Positions 46,578-59,090 of a stretch of DNA of 64,000 bases are shown one piece after another. The notes beneath the pieces were generated by a model. The model worked only from the letters and a program-made list of their open reading frames with translations, ran no database searches and was not told the DNA's origin. This stretch comes from Anaerolineae bacterium. Lineage in GTDB: Bacteria > Chloroflexota > Anaerolineae > Aggregatilineales > Phototrophicaceae. The position numbers were made by a program, and so were the translations under genes. Location: contig JADLAY010000017.1 of NCBI GenBank assembly GCA_020849765.1, forward strand, positions 44,906-108,905, written 5' to 3'. How positions within the stretch are numbered: position 1 is the stretch's first letter; each line of letters starts with the position of its first letter.

Positions 46578-48101
46578 TCAGCCGCCCACCTGCGCCAGCG
46601 CCAGGTCGATCCGGCGCAGCGTTTCGTCCTTGCCGATGATCTCCATCGTCTCGAAGGTCGGCGTCGAAATCGTCTGGCCGGTGACCGCAACGCGCAGGAC
46701 GCCGAACAACTGGCCGTTGCTCAGGCCAAGCTCTTCTGTCAGCGGCTGGATGGCATCGTGCAGCGCCTGCGTCGTGAAGTCGTCGACGCCCGCCAGCATT
46801 GCGCGCGAACGCGCCAGCGCCTGGGCCGTGGCCGCCGCGTCCATCTTCTTCTGGATGATCGCCTCGGCGGGCGCGGGCGTGAACTCCGGCTTGAAGAAGA
46901 AGCCCGCTAAGCCAACGACTTCGTTGAGCGTCTTGATGCGCGTCTGCACCTGCGGTGTCACCTTGAGCAGCAAATCCTGATCGACGGTCAGCCCGGCATC
47001 TTCGAGCGGCTTGCGCAGACGGGCGGCCAGTTCGTCGACCGGCAGTTCGCGGATGTGCAGGCCGTTGAGCCATTCGAGCTTCTCGGTCGGGAAGGTCGAG
47101 TTGGCCTCGTTGATGCGTTCGAGTTCGAAGCGCTCGACGGCATCTTTGATGTAGAAGAATTCGCGGTCATCGCCAAAGTTCCAGCCGATGTTGGCCAGGA
47201 AGTTATCCAGCGCCTCCGGCAGATAACCGGCTTTCATGAAGTCGTGCGCCATGACCGGGATCGGGTTGCCGTGCTTATCCTTCGGCGGCTTGCGTTTGCT
47301 CAGCTTGCCCTTGCCGTCCGGGTTGAGGATGACCGGCAGATGCGCATAGATCGGCGGCTCCCAGCCGAACGCCAGCCACAACTGCCAGTGCACCGGCAGC
47401 GACGGCAGCCATTCGACAGCGCGCATCACGTGCGAGATCTCCATAAAGTGATCGTCGACGACGTGCGCCAGATGATAGGTCGGCAGGCCGTCGGCCTTGA
47501 GCAGCACCATGTCCTGGAGCGTGGCATTTTCGAAGACGACGCGCCCGCGTATCACGTCCTCGATGGCCGTGTCACCTTCGAGCGGCATCTTGAAGCGGAC
47601 GACCGGCACGCGCCCCTCCGCTTCGAAGGCGGCGCGCTCGTCGGCGCTGAGCGTGCGATGCTGGCGGTTGTAGCCCGGCGGCTGCTTGCGCGCCATCTGC
47701 TCCTTGCGCATCTGATCGAGTTCTTCCGCCGTCTCGTAAGCGTAGTAGGCTTTGTCGTTTTCGATCAGCCAGTTCGCCCATGTCTGATAGAGTTCCCGCC
47801 GTTCGCTCTGGATGTAGGGGCCGTAATCGCCGCCGACGTCCGGGCCTTCATCCCAGTTCAGACCCGCCCAGCGCAGCGCCTCGGTCAATTCTTCGAGCGA
47901 GTGCGGCTCGTAGCGTTTCTGGTCGGTGTCTTCGATGCGCAGGATGAACCTGCCGCCGTGGCGCCGGGCGAACATCCAGTTGAAGAGCGCCGTGCGCAGG
48001 CCGCCGATGTGCAGCGAGCCGGTCGGGCTGGGCGCGAAGCGTGTGCGCACGGGACGGTTGGGTATCGGTTCAGTCACGAGTCGTCTCCTGAGGGTCGACA
48101 T
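46578..48101 (-). CDS. gltX: glutamate--tRNA ligase
   Basis: HIGH region PSPTGSLHIGG, LRIEDTD, KLSKRK (KMSKS-type) motif. Confidence 0.9.
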   Translation of the reverse strand: MSTLRRRLVTEPIPNRPVRTRFAPSPTGSLHIGGLRTALFNWMFARRHGGRFILRIEDTDQKRYEPHSLEELTEALRWAGLNWDEGPDVGGDYGPYIQSERRELYQTWANWLIENDKAYYAYETAEELDQMRKEQMARKQPPGYNRQHRTLSADERAAFEAEGRVPVVRFKMPLEGDTAIEDVIRGRVVFENATLQDMVLLKADGLPTYHLAHVVDDHFMEISHVMRAVEWLPSLPVHWQLWLAFGWEPPIYAHLPVILNPDGKGKLSKRKPPKDKHGNPIPVMAHDFMKAGYLPEALDNFLANIGWNFGDDREFFYIKDAVERFELERINEANSTFPTEKLEWLNGLHIRELPVDELAARLRKPLEDAGLTVDQDLLLKVTPQVQTRIKTLNEVVGLAGFFFKPEFTPAPAEAIIQKKMDAAATAQALARSRAMLAGVDDFTTQALHDAIQPLTEELGLSNGQLFGVLRVAVTGQTISTPTFETMEIIGKDETLRRIDLALAQVGG

Positions 48102-48330
48102 GAGTGCGGATGATGAATGGCGGCATTATACCAGTCGTCGCCAGGGATTTTGAGCCGTGAGGGGAAAAGAAATAAGGGCACGCTTGTGGCGTACCCTTAT
48201 GTATCGCGATGGTGAGCGACGTAGGCTTGAATGATCGCGTTAAATTTAGAGTAGGGCACTTTTGCGTAAAAAAGAATTAAGGAATCTCAATTCTTCCAAC
48301 ACATCTCAATTTACTAACAAAAGTGCCGTT

Positions 48331-50619
48331 TCAAGTGGGCGACACGGGGTTACCCGCAAAGCCGTCCTCGTCCTGCGCCGACGTGCCTTCGCTCTTGTGC
48401 AGTTGCTTGCGCGCCTGCTGCCCTCGCGATCCGTTCGGGTCGAGCGCGAGCGCCTGCTCAAAATGGGCGCGCGCCGCGTCCGGTTGGCCGCACTGCTGCA
48501 GAATCTGCGCATATTCGACGTGCATCGAGGCAGCGATCACGAGCAGCTTCATCGCGCGGTCGTTCGCCGTCTGGGTGGCAAGCGCCAGCGCCTCATCACA
48601 GCGCGCATTGAAGGCCAACGCGAGCGCGTGCGACATCTGCCTGCCCAAGCGGCCATAATCCGCCAGCGCATTGCCGATCAAGGGCCGCGAGTCAAACTGA
48701 CTCGCCACGTCGATCATGTCCAGCGCCCGCGCCGGGTCGGACTCCGTGTTCAGGTAGTAATGTGCAAGACCCTCGTAGCCGATCGCCAGCTCCGGCGCGA
48801 GGCGAGTCGCCGCCTCGAGATACGGCAGCGCCTCGTCGTGGCGCTCCATGTTGATCAGGCAGTAGCCGATGTTCGCGACCAGCATGGCGACGTTCTGCTG
48901 CGCCATAACGCCAGGTCTGCGCACAATCTCGCGCAAGAGCGGCAGCGCCTCTTCGTGCCGCCCCGCCAGCAGCAGCCCGTAGATCTGCCAGATCGGATTG
49001 CCATGTTTGGCGGCCTGCGCGTCGGTCTCATCCGGCGGATAGCCGTTGCGTTCCAGCAGGTGATCATAGTCGCCATGCATGAGCAGACGGACGTTCGTCC
49101 GCGTGTTCGTGTCGCCGAGCGAGAGCAGATAACCGCTGACGAGCGAGCGCGCGAGAACGTAGCCCAGCCCCGCGCTGAGGGCGAACTCGACTGCAATGCG
49201 CGCAGAATCGATCAATTCCGTGAGCACGAACAGCATGCCGGTCATCGCGATCAGCATGAACGCGACCTGCACGAAGTAGCTGAGGATGAAATGCCGGGCA
49301 TTCAAGGGATTGGGCACTGCGTCTTGCGCGTCGAATTCCGGCAGCGACGCCAGGATGGCGCGCGTTTCGGCCCAGCGGCGGCGGCTCTGTCGAAAATTCG
49401 GGATGTAGCGCAGGAAGAAATCGGCGGCGATCAGCAGCAACGGCGTGAGCAGGGAGAGCATCGAACCGGCAATGATACCGTCAGGATCATCGACCGATGC
49501 GGTGGTACCACGATTGAACACGGTCAGCAGGAGCGAGTCATCCGGGCCGGGGGCGAGTTGAACCGGAACCCCGTCCCCCACGTCAGGCAGATTCGCTCTC
49601 CAATGCCAGGTATCGTCCTCGTAAACGTAGACGGCGTCGCCGCTACCTACCCATACGCGCTCACCCAGGACAGCGCCAGCCCAGATGTAATCTTTCATGC
49701 CAATCGAATCCGGCCAGAATTCTTCAGTCTTGCCGTCACGGGTATCAAGGCGCTGCACGCCATAGCCATCCAGATACCAGATCGCCTCACCGGTGGCGCC
49801 GACCAACGAAAGGTACCCGTAGTACTGCGCGGACTCTGAACCCGCGGGCTGCCAGCCATCGCCATCGAAACGCCACAGCCCGCGGTAGCTCAGCCAGAGC
49901 GAGCCATCTGCCATGCGGATGAAGACCGGGGGATAAATCTCGTCGTAGAAATCCTCTTCAATCGACACCCCAGGCAGCGCTTTGATGACCGGCGTGTGCT
50001 TCCAGGCACCCTGCCAGAAGCGCGACAGATTGTTATCGGCGTCGATGACGAAGACACCGTACTCACCCGCGGCGATCGCAAGCGGGACATCCGTCAGCAG
50101 CGTGTCCCGGAACACCTCCCAATGCGCCCCATCAAAGTGGAAGATGTCGCTGCCCGTGGCGCCCCAGAGTTGCTCACCATCGGTGGTGATGCGTGTGTTA
50201 TCGTGCAGTTCGACGCCGGTCGAAAACGATGGATACGAAACCCACAGACCGTTGCGATAGCGACTGAGCAAGCCGCCATCGCCATCGACCGCCCACAGCG
50301 CGCCCGCGTCGTCCATGACCAGATTGATCGTATCCGCCATCACGTCGCCTGACGGCAGGTCGAAGCGGGCCCACTCGCCGCTCGCATCCAGGCGATAGAG
50401 TTGCAGTGAGGGCAGCGTGATTCGGTAGGTGAGGACGACTGCCGGGATCAGCAGAATCAGCAGGATGGCGGCGATGGCATAGAAGCGGATGCGGGCAGCG
50501 CGCCGGTAGCGCTTCCCCTGGGCGATCAAAGCGGGGAGATCGAGGTTGTCATGCGCGGCCAAGGGATGCTCCAGTGCATGTGACGATATCCTTAGCATAA
50601 GGCCGCGCACGATGTTCAT
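48331..50619 (-). CDS. membrane protein with periplasmic beta-propeller-like region and C-terminal TPR repeats (hypothetical)
   Basis: 762 aa. TM near the N-terminus and mid-protein. WxxDG/YxY-rich repeats. C-terminal TPR-like helices. Confidence 0.6.
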   Translation of the reverse strand: MNIVRGLMLRISSHALEHPLAAHDNLDLPALIAQGKRYRRAARIRFYAIAAILLILLIPAVVLTYRITLPSLQLYRLDASGEWARFDLPSGDVMADTINLVMDDAGALWAVDGDGGLLSRYRNGLWVSYPSFSTGVELHDNTRITTDGEQLWGATGSDIFHFDGAHWEVFRDTLLTDVPLAIAAGEYGVFVIDADNNLSRFWQGAWKHTPVIKALPGVSIEEDFYDEIYPPVFIRMADGSLWLSYRGLWRFDGDGWQPAGSESAQYYGYLSLVGATGEAIWYLDGYGVQRLDTRDGKTEEFWPDSIGMKDYIWAGAVLGERVWVGSGDAVYVYEDDTWHWRANLPDVGDGVPVQLAPGPDDSLLLTVFNRGTTASVDDPDGIIAGSMLSLLTPLLLIAADFFLRYIPNFRQSRRRWAETRAILASLPEFDAQDAVPNPLNARHFILSYFVQVAFMLIAMTGMLFVLTELIDSARIAVEFALSAGLGYVLARSLVSGYLLSLGDTNTRTNVRLLMHGDYDHLLERNGYPPDETDAQAAKHGNPIWQIYGLLLAGRHEEALPLLREIVRRPGVMAQQNVAMLVANIGYCLINMERHDEALPYLEAATRLAPELAIGYEGLAHYYLNTESDPARALDMIDVASQFDSRPLIGNALADYGRLGRQMSHALALAFNARCDEALALATQTANDRAMKLLVIAASMHVEYAQILQQCGQPDAARAHFEQALALDPNGSRGQQARKQLHKSEGTSAQDEDGFAGNPVSPT

Positions 50620-50743
50620 GCGTAAATGTGGCGCTCAGGCGAGGAGGTTTTTACGCATGAGGGATTGTCGAAAACGAGCACCGCTTCTTGCGCACGCCTG
50701 GGGTAAAATCAGCCGCATGAACCTCGATACTGTGAACCGGTAG

Positions 50744-52000
50744 ATGTCTATGGCAACCATTCGCGAACTTCGCTGCTCGCTCTGCAATCACACTTACGCG
50801 CCGGACGCCGTCGCCTACACCTGCCCCGTCTGCGGCGAGGTCGGCACGCTCGACGTGCTCTATGACTACGACGCCCTGCGCGCGACGCTCGACCGCGATG
50901 CGATCGGCGCCAGCCGCGAGGTGTCAATGTGGCGCTATCGAGCGCTGCTGCCGCTCGGCGACGATGCCGAAGTCCCGCCGCTGCGCGTGGGTGGCACGCC
51001 GTTCTATCACGCGCCGCGCCTGGCCGCCGATCTCGGATTGCGCGCGGCCTGGGTCAAGGACGACGGCCTCAACCCGACCGGCTCGCTCAAAGACCGCGCC
51101 AGCGCCATGATCGTCGCCCGCGCGCTTGAGGGCCGCATCCCGGTCGTCTCGACGGCGAGCACGGGCAATGCGGCGGCGGCACTGGCCGGGGTCGGCGCAT
51201 CGGTCGGTGCGGATCGCGTGCGGATCGTCATCTTCGTGCCCGCCAGCGCGCCGGAAGCCAAGATCGCGCAGCTACTCGTCTACGGCGCGACGGTCGTGCT
51301 GGTCGAGGATAGCTACGACGTCGCCTTCGACCTGTGCTTCGCCATCTGCCAGGAGCAGGGCTGGTACTGCCGCAACACCGGCATCAACCCGTTCACCGCC
51401 GAGGGCAAGAAGACCGTCGCCTTCGAGATCGCCGAGGCGCTCGGCTGGCGCGCGCCGGATGCGCTGGTCGTCAGCGTCGGCGACGGCAACATCATCGCCG
51501 GGGTGCACAAGGGCTTCAGCGATCTGCAGCGCCTGGGCTGGATTGACAGGATTCCGCGGTTGATCGGTGTACAAGCAGAAGGCAGCTCGCCACTCGTGCA
51601 CGCGTGGCAGAACGGCACCGCCGCGCAGGACATGCCGCCGGAAGATGCGCAGACGCTGGCGGACAGCATCAGCGCGGGCATCCCGCGCGATCGAGCCAAG
51701 GCGCTGCGGGCGGTGCGCGAGACGAACGGCGCCTTCATCGCCCTGCCGGATGAGGCGATCCTGGCGGCGATCCCGACGTTTGCGCGGCTGACCGGAGTCT
51801 TCGCCGAGCCGTCCGCCGCCTCAATTTACGCCGGGGCGCGACGTGCTGTAGAATTGGGATATCTACACCCGGAGGACGAGGTCGTCTTCCTGGCGACCGG
51901 CAGCGGCCTGAAGGACGTCCGCCGCGCGCAGCAATCCGTCAGCGGTGGGCTGCGCGTGCCGCCGACGCTGGAGGCGATCCGGCAGGTGTTAGGTCTCTGA
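50744..52000 (+). CDS. thrC: threonine synthase (PLP-dependent) with N-terminal zinc-ribbon
   Basis: CxxC...CxxC N-terminus and PLP-lysine motif GSLKDR. Confidence 0.9.
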   Translation: MSMATIRELRCSLCNHTYAPDAVAYTCPVCGEVGTLDVLYDYDALRATLDRDAIGASREVSMWRYRALLPLGDDAEVPPLRVGGTPFYHAPRLAADLGLRAAWVKDDGLNPTGSLKDRASAMIVARALEGRIPVVSTASTGNAAAALAGVGASVGADRVRIVIFVPASAPEAKIAQLLVYGATVVLVEDSYDVAFDLCFAICQEQGWYCRNTGINPFTAEGKKTVAFEIAEALGWRAPDALVVSVGDGNIIAGVHKGFSDLQRLGWIDRIPRLIGVQAEGSSPLVHAWQNGTAAQDMPPEDAQTLADSISAGIPRDRAKALRAVRETNGAFIALPDEAILAAIPTFARLTGVFAEPSAASIYAGARRAVELGYLHPEDEVVFLATGSGLKDVRRAQQSVSGGLRVPPTLEAIRQVLGL

Positions 52001-52013
52001 GGCGAACAGAACG

Positions 52014-52081
52014 CCTCACCCCCGTCTCGCTCCGCTTCGACTCCCCCTCTCTGTGCGCGGAGAAGGGGTTGGGGGGTGAGG
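52014..52081. repeat. MITE-like element, short copy 3 (thrC - GT2 intergenic)
   Basis: CCTCACCCCC...GGGGGGTGAGG termini with an internal CCCCCTCTC/GAGAAGGGG hairpin. Confidence 0.5.
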
Positions 52082-52177
52082 TTCATGGATAGGTCTTAGT
52101 TGAATTCGATGAGTGCACACGATCAGAAGCTTGATCTGGGCACCGCACATCCTGAAGGGCGAAATGGGGAACGGCAC

Positions 52178-53185
52178 ATGACATCACATCCCCGTTATTC
52201 AATCGTCGCGCCCATCTTCAACGAAGAGGGCAATATCCCCCTGCTCTATGACCGCATGTGTAGGGTCATGGACGGGCTGGGCGAACCGTGGGAGATGATC
52301 TGCGTCAACGACGGCAGCCGCGACCGCTCGGCGGAGCTGCTCGACGAACTGGCCGCGCGCGATTCACGGATCAAGGCGATCCACTTCGCGCGCAACTTCG
52401 GCCACCAGATCGCGGTCACGGCGGGCATCGACTACGCGCTGGGCGACGCGGTCATTCTGATCGACGCCGACCTGCAAGACCCGCCGGAGTTGATCGTTGA
52501 CATGGTCGAGCGCTGGAAGGCGGGCTACGAGGTCGTCTATGCCACGCGCGAACGGCGCGAGGGCGAAACGTGGTTCAAGATCTTCACCGCGCACATGTTC
52601 TACCGCGTCATCCATGCCATCACCGACGTGCACATCCCGGTTGATACAGGTGACTTCCGGCTGATGGATCGGCGCGTGGTCGACGTGCTCAAGTCGATGC
52701 GCGAGCACAGCCGTTTCATCCGCGGCATGACGAGCTGGGTCGGCTTCCGCCAGATCGGCGTCAGCTACGTGCGCGATCAACGGCACTCCGGCGAGACCAA
52801 ATACCCCCTGCGCAAGATGATCCGCTTCGCGCTCGATGCCATCACCGGCTTCTCGTTCTGGCCGCTGCAGATCATGATCTACGTCGCGCTGCTGCTCGGC
52901 GTGCTGGCGCTGCTGGCGATCCCGTTCGTGACGATCATGCGCGTGGCGACGGATACCCTCTGGTTCGAGGGTCAGGCGACCACCATCATCCTGCTGCTGC
53001 TGCTGAGTTCGTTCCAGTTGTTCTTCCTGTTCGTTCTCGGCCAGTACGTCGCGCGCACATATGACGAGACGCGCAACCGGCCGCTCTACGTCGTCGCGCG
53101 CACCGAGGGTTTCGACAGTCAGGATACGGACAAGCACCTGCCACTGCTGACCGAGGAAGCGTTCGAAGTCGAGAGCGGCGACTGA
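52178..53185 (+). CDS. GT2 polyprenyl-phosphate glycosyltransferase (DPM1/ArnC/GtrB-like)
   Basis: SIVAPIFNEEGNI, DGSRD, DADLQDPPE (DxD) motifs. Two C-terminal TM helices. Confidence 0.85.
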   Translation: MTSHPRYSIVAPIFNEEGNIPLLYDRMCRVMDGLGEPWEMICVNDGSRDRSAELLDELAARDSRIKAIHFARNFGHQIAVTAGIDYALGDAVILIDADLQDPPELIVDMVERWKAGYEVVYATRERREGETWFKIFTAHMFYRVIHAITDVHIPVDTGDFRLMDRRVVDVLKSMREHSRFIRGMTSWVGFRQIGVSYVRDQRHSGETKYPLRKMIRFALDAITGFSFWPLQIMIYVALLLGVLALLAIPFVTIMRVATDTLWFEGQATTIILLLLLSSFQLFFLFVLGQYVARTYDETRNRPLYVVARTEGFDSQDTDKHLPLLTEEAFEVESGD

Positions 53186-53494
53186 CCATCGTCGCGCCGT
53201 ATCGGCACAGTCGGATACTCCAGATCAATCACCTTACGGCGAAGTCGTGCAAATGGACAGAAAGTGTGCACGCGTTCGCCGGACGTTGAAACGCCTGGCT
53301 ATAGCTCATTAAGCGCACTAAAGGCGCTTCATTATCGTTCTTGGTCTATTCTAGCCCCTTCAGTGGGTTTGATTTTTGTTAGCCGTGCGGCTTCAGCCAA
53401 CGGCGGCAACAGCCGAATCATCCACAAGAAATGCATCGCCGTCCCCATCTGTCATCCATTCTCATCTTGTCACTGTCTTCAGACAAATATGAGA

Positions 53495-53519
53495 GGGTGC
53501 GCCGCGATGCACCCTTTTT
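53495..53519 (+). terminator. intrinsic-terminator-like hairpin with T-run in an AT-rich intergenic region (no plus-strand gene upstream)
   Basis: GGGTGC-GCCGCGAT-GCACCC-TTTTT. Confidence 0.45.
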
Positions 53520-53596
53520 CGATTCCTTTGCGTGCCTTTCCTCGCGTTTCGGGGTTTAATAAAACGTAGAGAGCGCCTCATGGCGGGGGGTAACAG

Positions 53597-53836
53597 GTGT
53601 TGCAAGACGATACGATGACACGAGAACAGCTCAAAGAAGTGTTGGAGTACCGCAAGCTGGTGCTGCTCTACGAAGCGGTCGATGCTGAAATCGATCAACT
53701 GATCATGCAGCACGGCGGGCGCAGCGAAGACATGCCAGACGCAGACCGCGACCGCTATCGCGATCTGGCACGCCAGCGCGACGATCTGCAGAACGACATG
53801 CGCGCGATGGAGCAGCGCCTGCTCGACGAAGAGTAG
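53597..53836 (+). CDS. hypothetical small acidic coiled-coil protein
   Basis: 79-aa ORF with a GTG start after a G-rich RBS. No homology recognised. Confidence 0.4.
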   Translation: MLQDDTMTREQLKEVLEYRKLVLLYEAVDAEIDQLIMQHGGRSEDMPDADRDRYRDLARQRDDLQNDMRAMEQRLLDEE

Positions 53837-53845
53837 CGCTCAGCC

Positions 53846-54436
53846 TTAATCGCGGCGCAGGATCAACCAACCCACGATCATAATCGCCGCCCCCGCCGCC
53901 ACCAGGAAGACCATGTTATCGGTTGGCGCGGGCGGGGCAGAGATGCGCGTGCGTTCCTCCTCGGTACGCGCACGACGACGCGCCAGTTCCAGTTCGAGAC
54001 TTTGCAACCCCATCGCCATCGCCCACCTGTGATTCGCGCTGAAGATCGGGCGCAGCAGCGGCGTCAGCGTCTTGAGCAGCGGTTTCTCCGCGCGGATCGT
54101 CCACTCGTAGGTCGCGACCACCCAATCGCCATCCTGCGCGAAGGTCCACTCCCCGTGGCCGACGAAATCACCCTTCGCCTCCAGCAAAATGCGCTTGCCC
54201 CGCTCGATCTCAGCCACGCGAAAGTCCCAGCGCAGCGTGTACGGCAGCCAGCCCTTGGTGTAGAGGCTGATCTCCTCGCCGATGCCGTTCGCATCGCCCG
54301 GCTTGATCCGCTGCACGCCCAGGTAGACGGCGGGCCACCAGCGCGGCAGATCGGTCGCGTCCGCCAGGACGTCCATCACCTCGTCGACCGTCCCCCACAC
54401 CCGCCACTGCGTGATGAAGTGATACTGGTTGTCCAT
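53846..54436 (-). CDS. SRPBCC-superfamily (polyketide cyclase/AHSA1-like) protein with C-terminal TM anchor
   Basis: Start MDNQYHF preceded by AAGGAG. Beta-grip-like sequence, hydrophobic C-terminus. Confidence 0.65.
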   Translation of the reverse strand: MDNQYHFITQWRVWGTVDEVMDVLADATDLPRWWPAVYLGVQRIKPGDANGIGEEISLYTKGWLPYTLRWDFRVAEIERGKRILLEAKGDFVGHGEWTFAQDGDWVVATYEWTIRAEKPLLKTLTPLLRPIFSANHRWAMAMGLQSLELELARRRARTEEERTRISAPPAPTDNMVFLVAAGAAIMIVGWLILRRD

Positions 54437-54637
54437 GCTGATGTGCTCCTTGGGCACTGTGACCGGATGGCGGGAATGCTAGCACGAAGGGGCGAGGATC
54501 TCCCATACTAGATGATCCGTAGCTGGCCGCAACAGCCTTGCCGCGTGCCTAAGGCGAGACCTCAGTCAGGGAATTCGAAGCTGGTTTCGGAAGCAATGCC
54601 TTGTCGGAGCGCCACTCGATAGGCACCAAAACGATCA

Positions 54638-55633
54638 TCAATGGCCACGGAGCCGCGGATGCGACGAAACATAAATAATTCGTGGCGGCTCTTGAAGTTT
54701 TGGCTTGATAATGTATCGATCAAGCTTATCAAGATAGTCAGGGCGCCGATAGATAAATGCAGATGTGAATGTCTGCCAGAATATGCGCGCTTCTGGCCGT
54801 GTCTTAGGGACTTCGTAGCCAAGTTTTGCCGCAAGATCCGGCAGATAAATGTCAAACGCCGCTTTAGCGAATTCGCCCCAGCTGATGGCGGCGGCGGTAG
54901 CTCGTTGCACCGCGAATACGGCGAACACAATCACAACAGGGATTATCCCAACAACCTCAACTCGTTTCTGCACCAATACGAGTACAACGTATTCCAGGAT
55001 AATCAGGACACTGATAAACCAGAAATTAAGCCACATGTTGGTCTTTGTCTGAGCTGTATCCAATTCTGTACGAAAATCCGCAGGAATTACAGATAACAGC
55101 CGCGGCCAACCCTCAATGCCTTCCAGGCCATACATGACACGTGAATAAACCTCAAAAGCCCGTATTGCGTTTCCAAAAGCGGTTGGCAGAATCCACTCCT
55201 CAGCGTCTGGAAACTCCTGAGCTTTCTTCTGTTGAAGTCGACTCCAATAGTCTTCAGCAGCTTCGCGCTCGGGAGTTCCTTCCTTCAGATTCCATGCCTT
55301 TTCACGCGCTGCCTCGACGTCCTTCTGAAGTTGTCTATAGCGGTTCAATTCCAGGGCCAGAAAGTAGTGGAATGGATTCCCCTTCTTCCCGTAACCCTCT
55401 AACAGTCGATACACGCCCAGATTGACCGCGTTCAACACAACCCCTGTGGCCCAAGACAGAAAGCCAAACAAGACGGTTTCTGCGAGAGGCGTCTGACCGG
55501 TAAGTAATGCAGGGAAAGTTATGACGCCGAAGCTTTGCAGGAGATATGCCGTTATGATCAGCAACGCGGCTGACGGGAGCACAAATCCTGTGGCGAAATT
55601 GCGATCAAGCAGTTTCGTGAGCTCACTAAACAT
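54638..55633 (-). CDS. 4-TM membrane protein (candidate effector partner of the upstream TIR protein)
   Basis: 331 aa. TM1-2 at aa ~15-75, ~120-aa coiled-coil/charged cytoplasmic region, TM3-4 at aa ~200-250. Region looks about 50% GC. 11-bp gap to the TIR gene. Confidence 0.6.
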   Translation of the reverse strand: MFSELTKLLDRNFATGFVLPSAALLIITAYLLQSFGVITFPALLTGQTPLAETVLFGFLSWATGVVLNAVNLGVYRLLEGYGKKGNPFHYFLALELNRYRQLQKDVEAAREKAWNLKEGTPEREAAEDYWSRLQQKKAQEFPDAEEWILPTAFGNAIRAFEVYSRVMYGLEGIEGWPRLLSVIPADFRTELDTAQTKTNMWLNFWFISVLIILEYVVLVLVQKRVEVVGIIPVVIVFAVFAVQRATAAAISWGEFAKAAFDIYLPDLAAKLGYEVPKTRPEARIFWQTFTSAFIYRRPDYLDKLDRYIIKPKLQEPPRIIYVSSHPRLRGH

Positions 55634-55644
55634 GGATGCCTCCT

Positions 55645-56118
55645 CTATTCGTCAGCGGCAGCAGTGGCTGGAGGCGGCGGCGGAGGCGGGTCAAGTGGCA
55701 GAGGTGAGGTTCCCTTGCCGGGAAAGAGAGCAAGACCAGGAAATGATCGACGCATCAGACCGTCCATGTAGTCAGTCATGTCGCGAAGGGTGCCAGGTAC
55801 GTCAGTCTCAAGGCGTTTCGCTGCGACTTCATCAATGCCTTCATCGAGTTGGATGGTGAGATAATACGTCGGCTTTTCGAGTGTGCGAGCGATTTCAATC
55901 TCACGTTGAACTTGTTCGGATTGAGTGGAACCATCTTTGATTACGACGATCACTGCATCACTATCCGCGATATAGTCATGAACGTAATTCGCCCAGTATT
56001 CACCAGGACGTATTTCCGCACTCCTGTTGGTTTCTATGCCGTTGAGATCGAGCCTATCCGCAATTCTACGGCTCAGATCGTCATCATCAGATGTGTGGGA
56101 TACGAATATCTTCGGCAT
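55645..56118 (-). CDS. TIR-domain protein (TIR_2/ThsB-like, 157 aa) with Pro-rich tail
   Basis: Start MPKIFVSHTSDDDD after GGGAGGTG. Motifs IFVSH, GEYW, SDAVIVVI, STQSEQVQREIEIA (conserved Glu). Low-GC region. Confidence 0.7.
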   Translation of the reverse strand: MPKIFVSHTSDDDDLSRRIADRLDLNGIETNRSAEIRPGEYWANYVHDYIADSDAVIVVIKDGSTQSEQVQREIEIARTLEKPTYYLTIQLDEGIDEVAAKRLETDVPGTLRDMTDYMDGLMRRSFPGLALFPGKGTSPLPLDPPPPPPPATAAADE

Positions 56119-56530
56119 ATCACACCTCCCTGACCTACGTGCCAGCAACTGACTATGATTAACCCAACCATATTGATCTCAAGCATATTATATGGTGAAT
56201 TGAGAAATATAGCCGAATAACGATCTGCAAGCAGAGTGTGGCGTGACATGCCTAAAGCCTTTGAGCGGTATCACGGTTCATAATCGTATCTCGTTCTTCT
56301 CAAGTTAATTTCATATCTCACCGCTATCGGCGCGAAGATGAATAGACAGGGTTAACAGGTCGGCGTGGATTCGGCTTTTGGGAACGCCCGCCCATAAAAT
56401 GGGACGGGCTACGGAATCGCCCTCTCCGAGGGCTATATCAACAGCGATCTCATCAGGAAGCCTTCGTAGGAGACGCCTGCTTAGACAGGGGATTTCATTC
56501 CCTGGCGACGAAACTCCGCAACAAAAAGAG

Positions 56531-56548
56531 GGATGCGCGCGGCGCATC
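56531..56548 (-). terminator. intrinsic terminator downstream of gyrA
   Basis: On the minus strand GATGCGC-CGC-GCGCATC followed by CCTCTTTTTGTTG. Confidence 0.65.
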
Positions 56549-56594
56549 TGCCACACTCATCCCTCATTATCTCGCATGACTGCCTTGTGAAACC

Positions 56595-59090
<2,496 letters not shown>

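Noticed and set aside
56148-56560. 81-aa ORF 56311..56556 in the leader of the TIR operon.
   Set aside because: It lies in a hairpin-rich, AT-rich untranslated leader and overlaps the gyrA terminator. It has no RBS or motif and is treated as non-coding.
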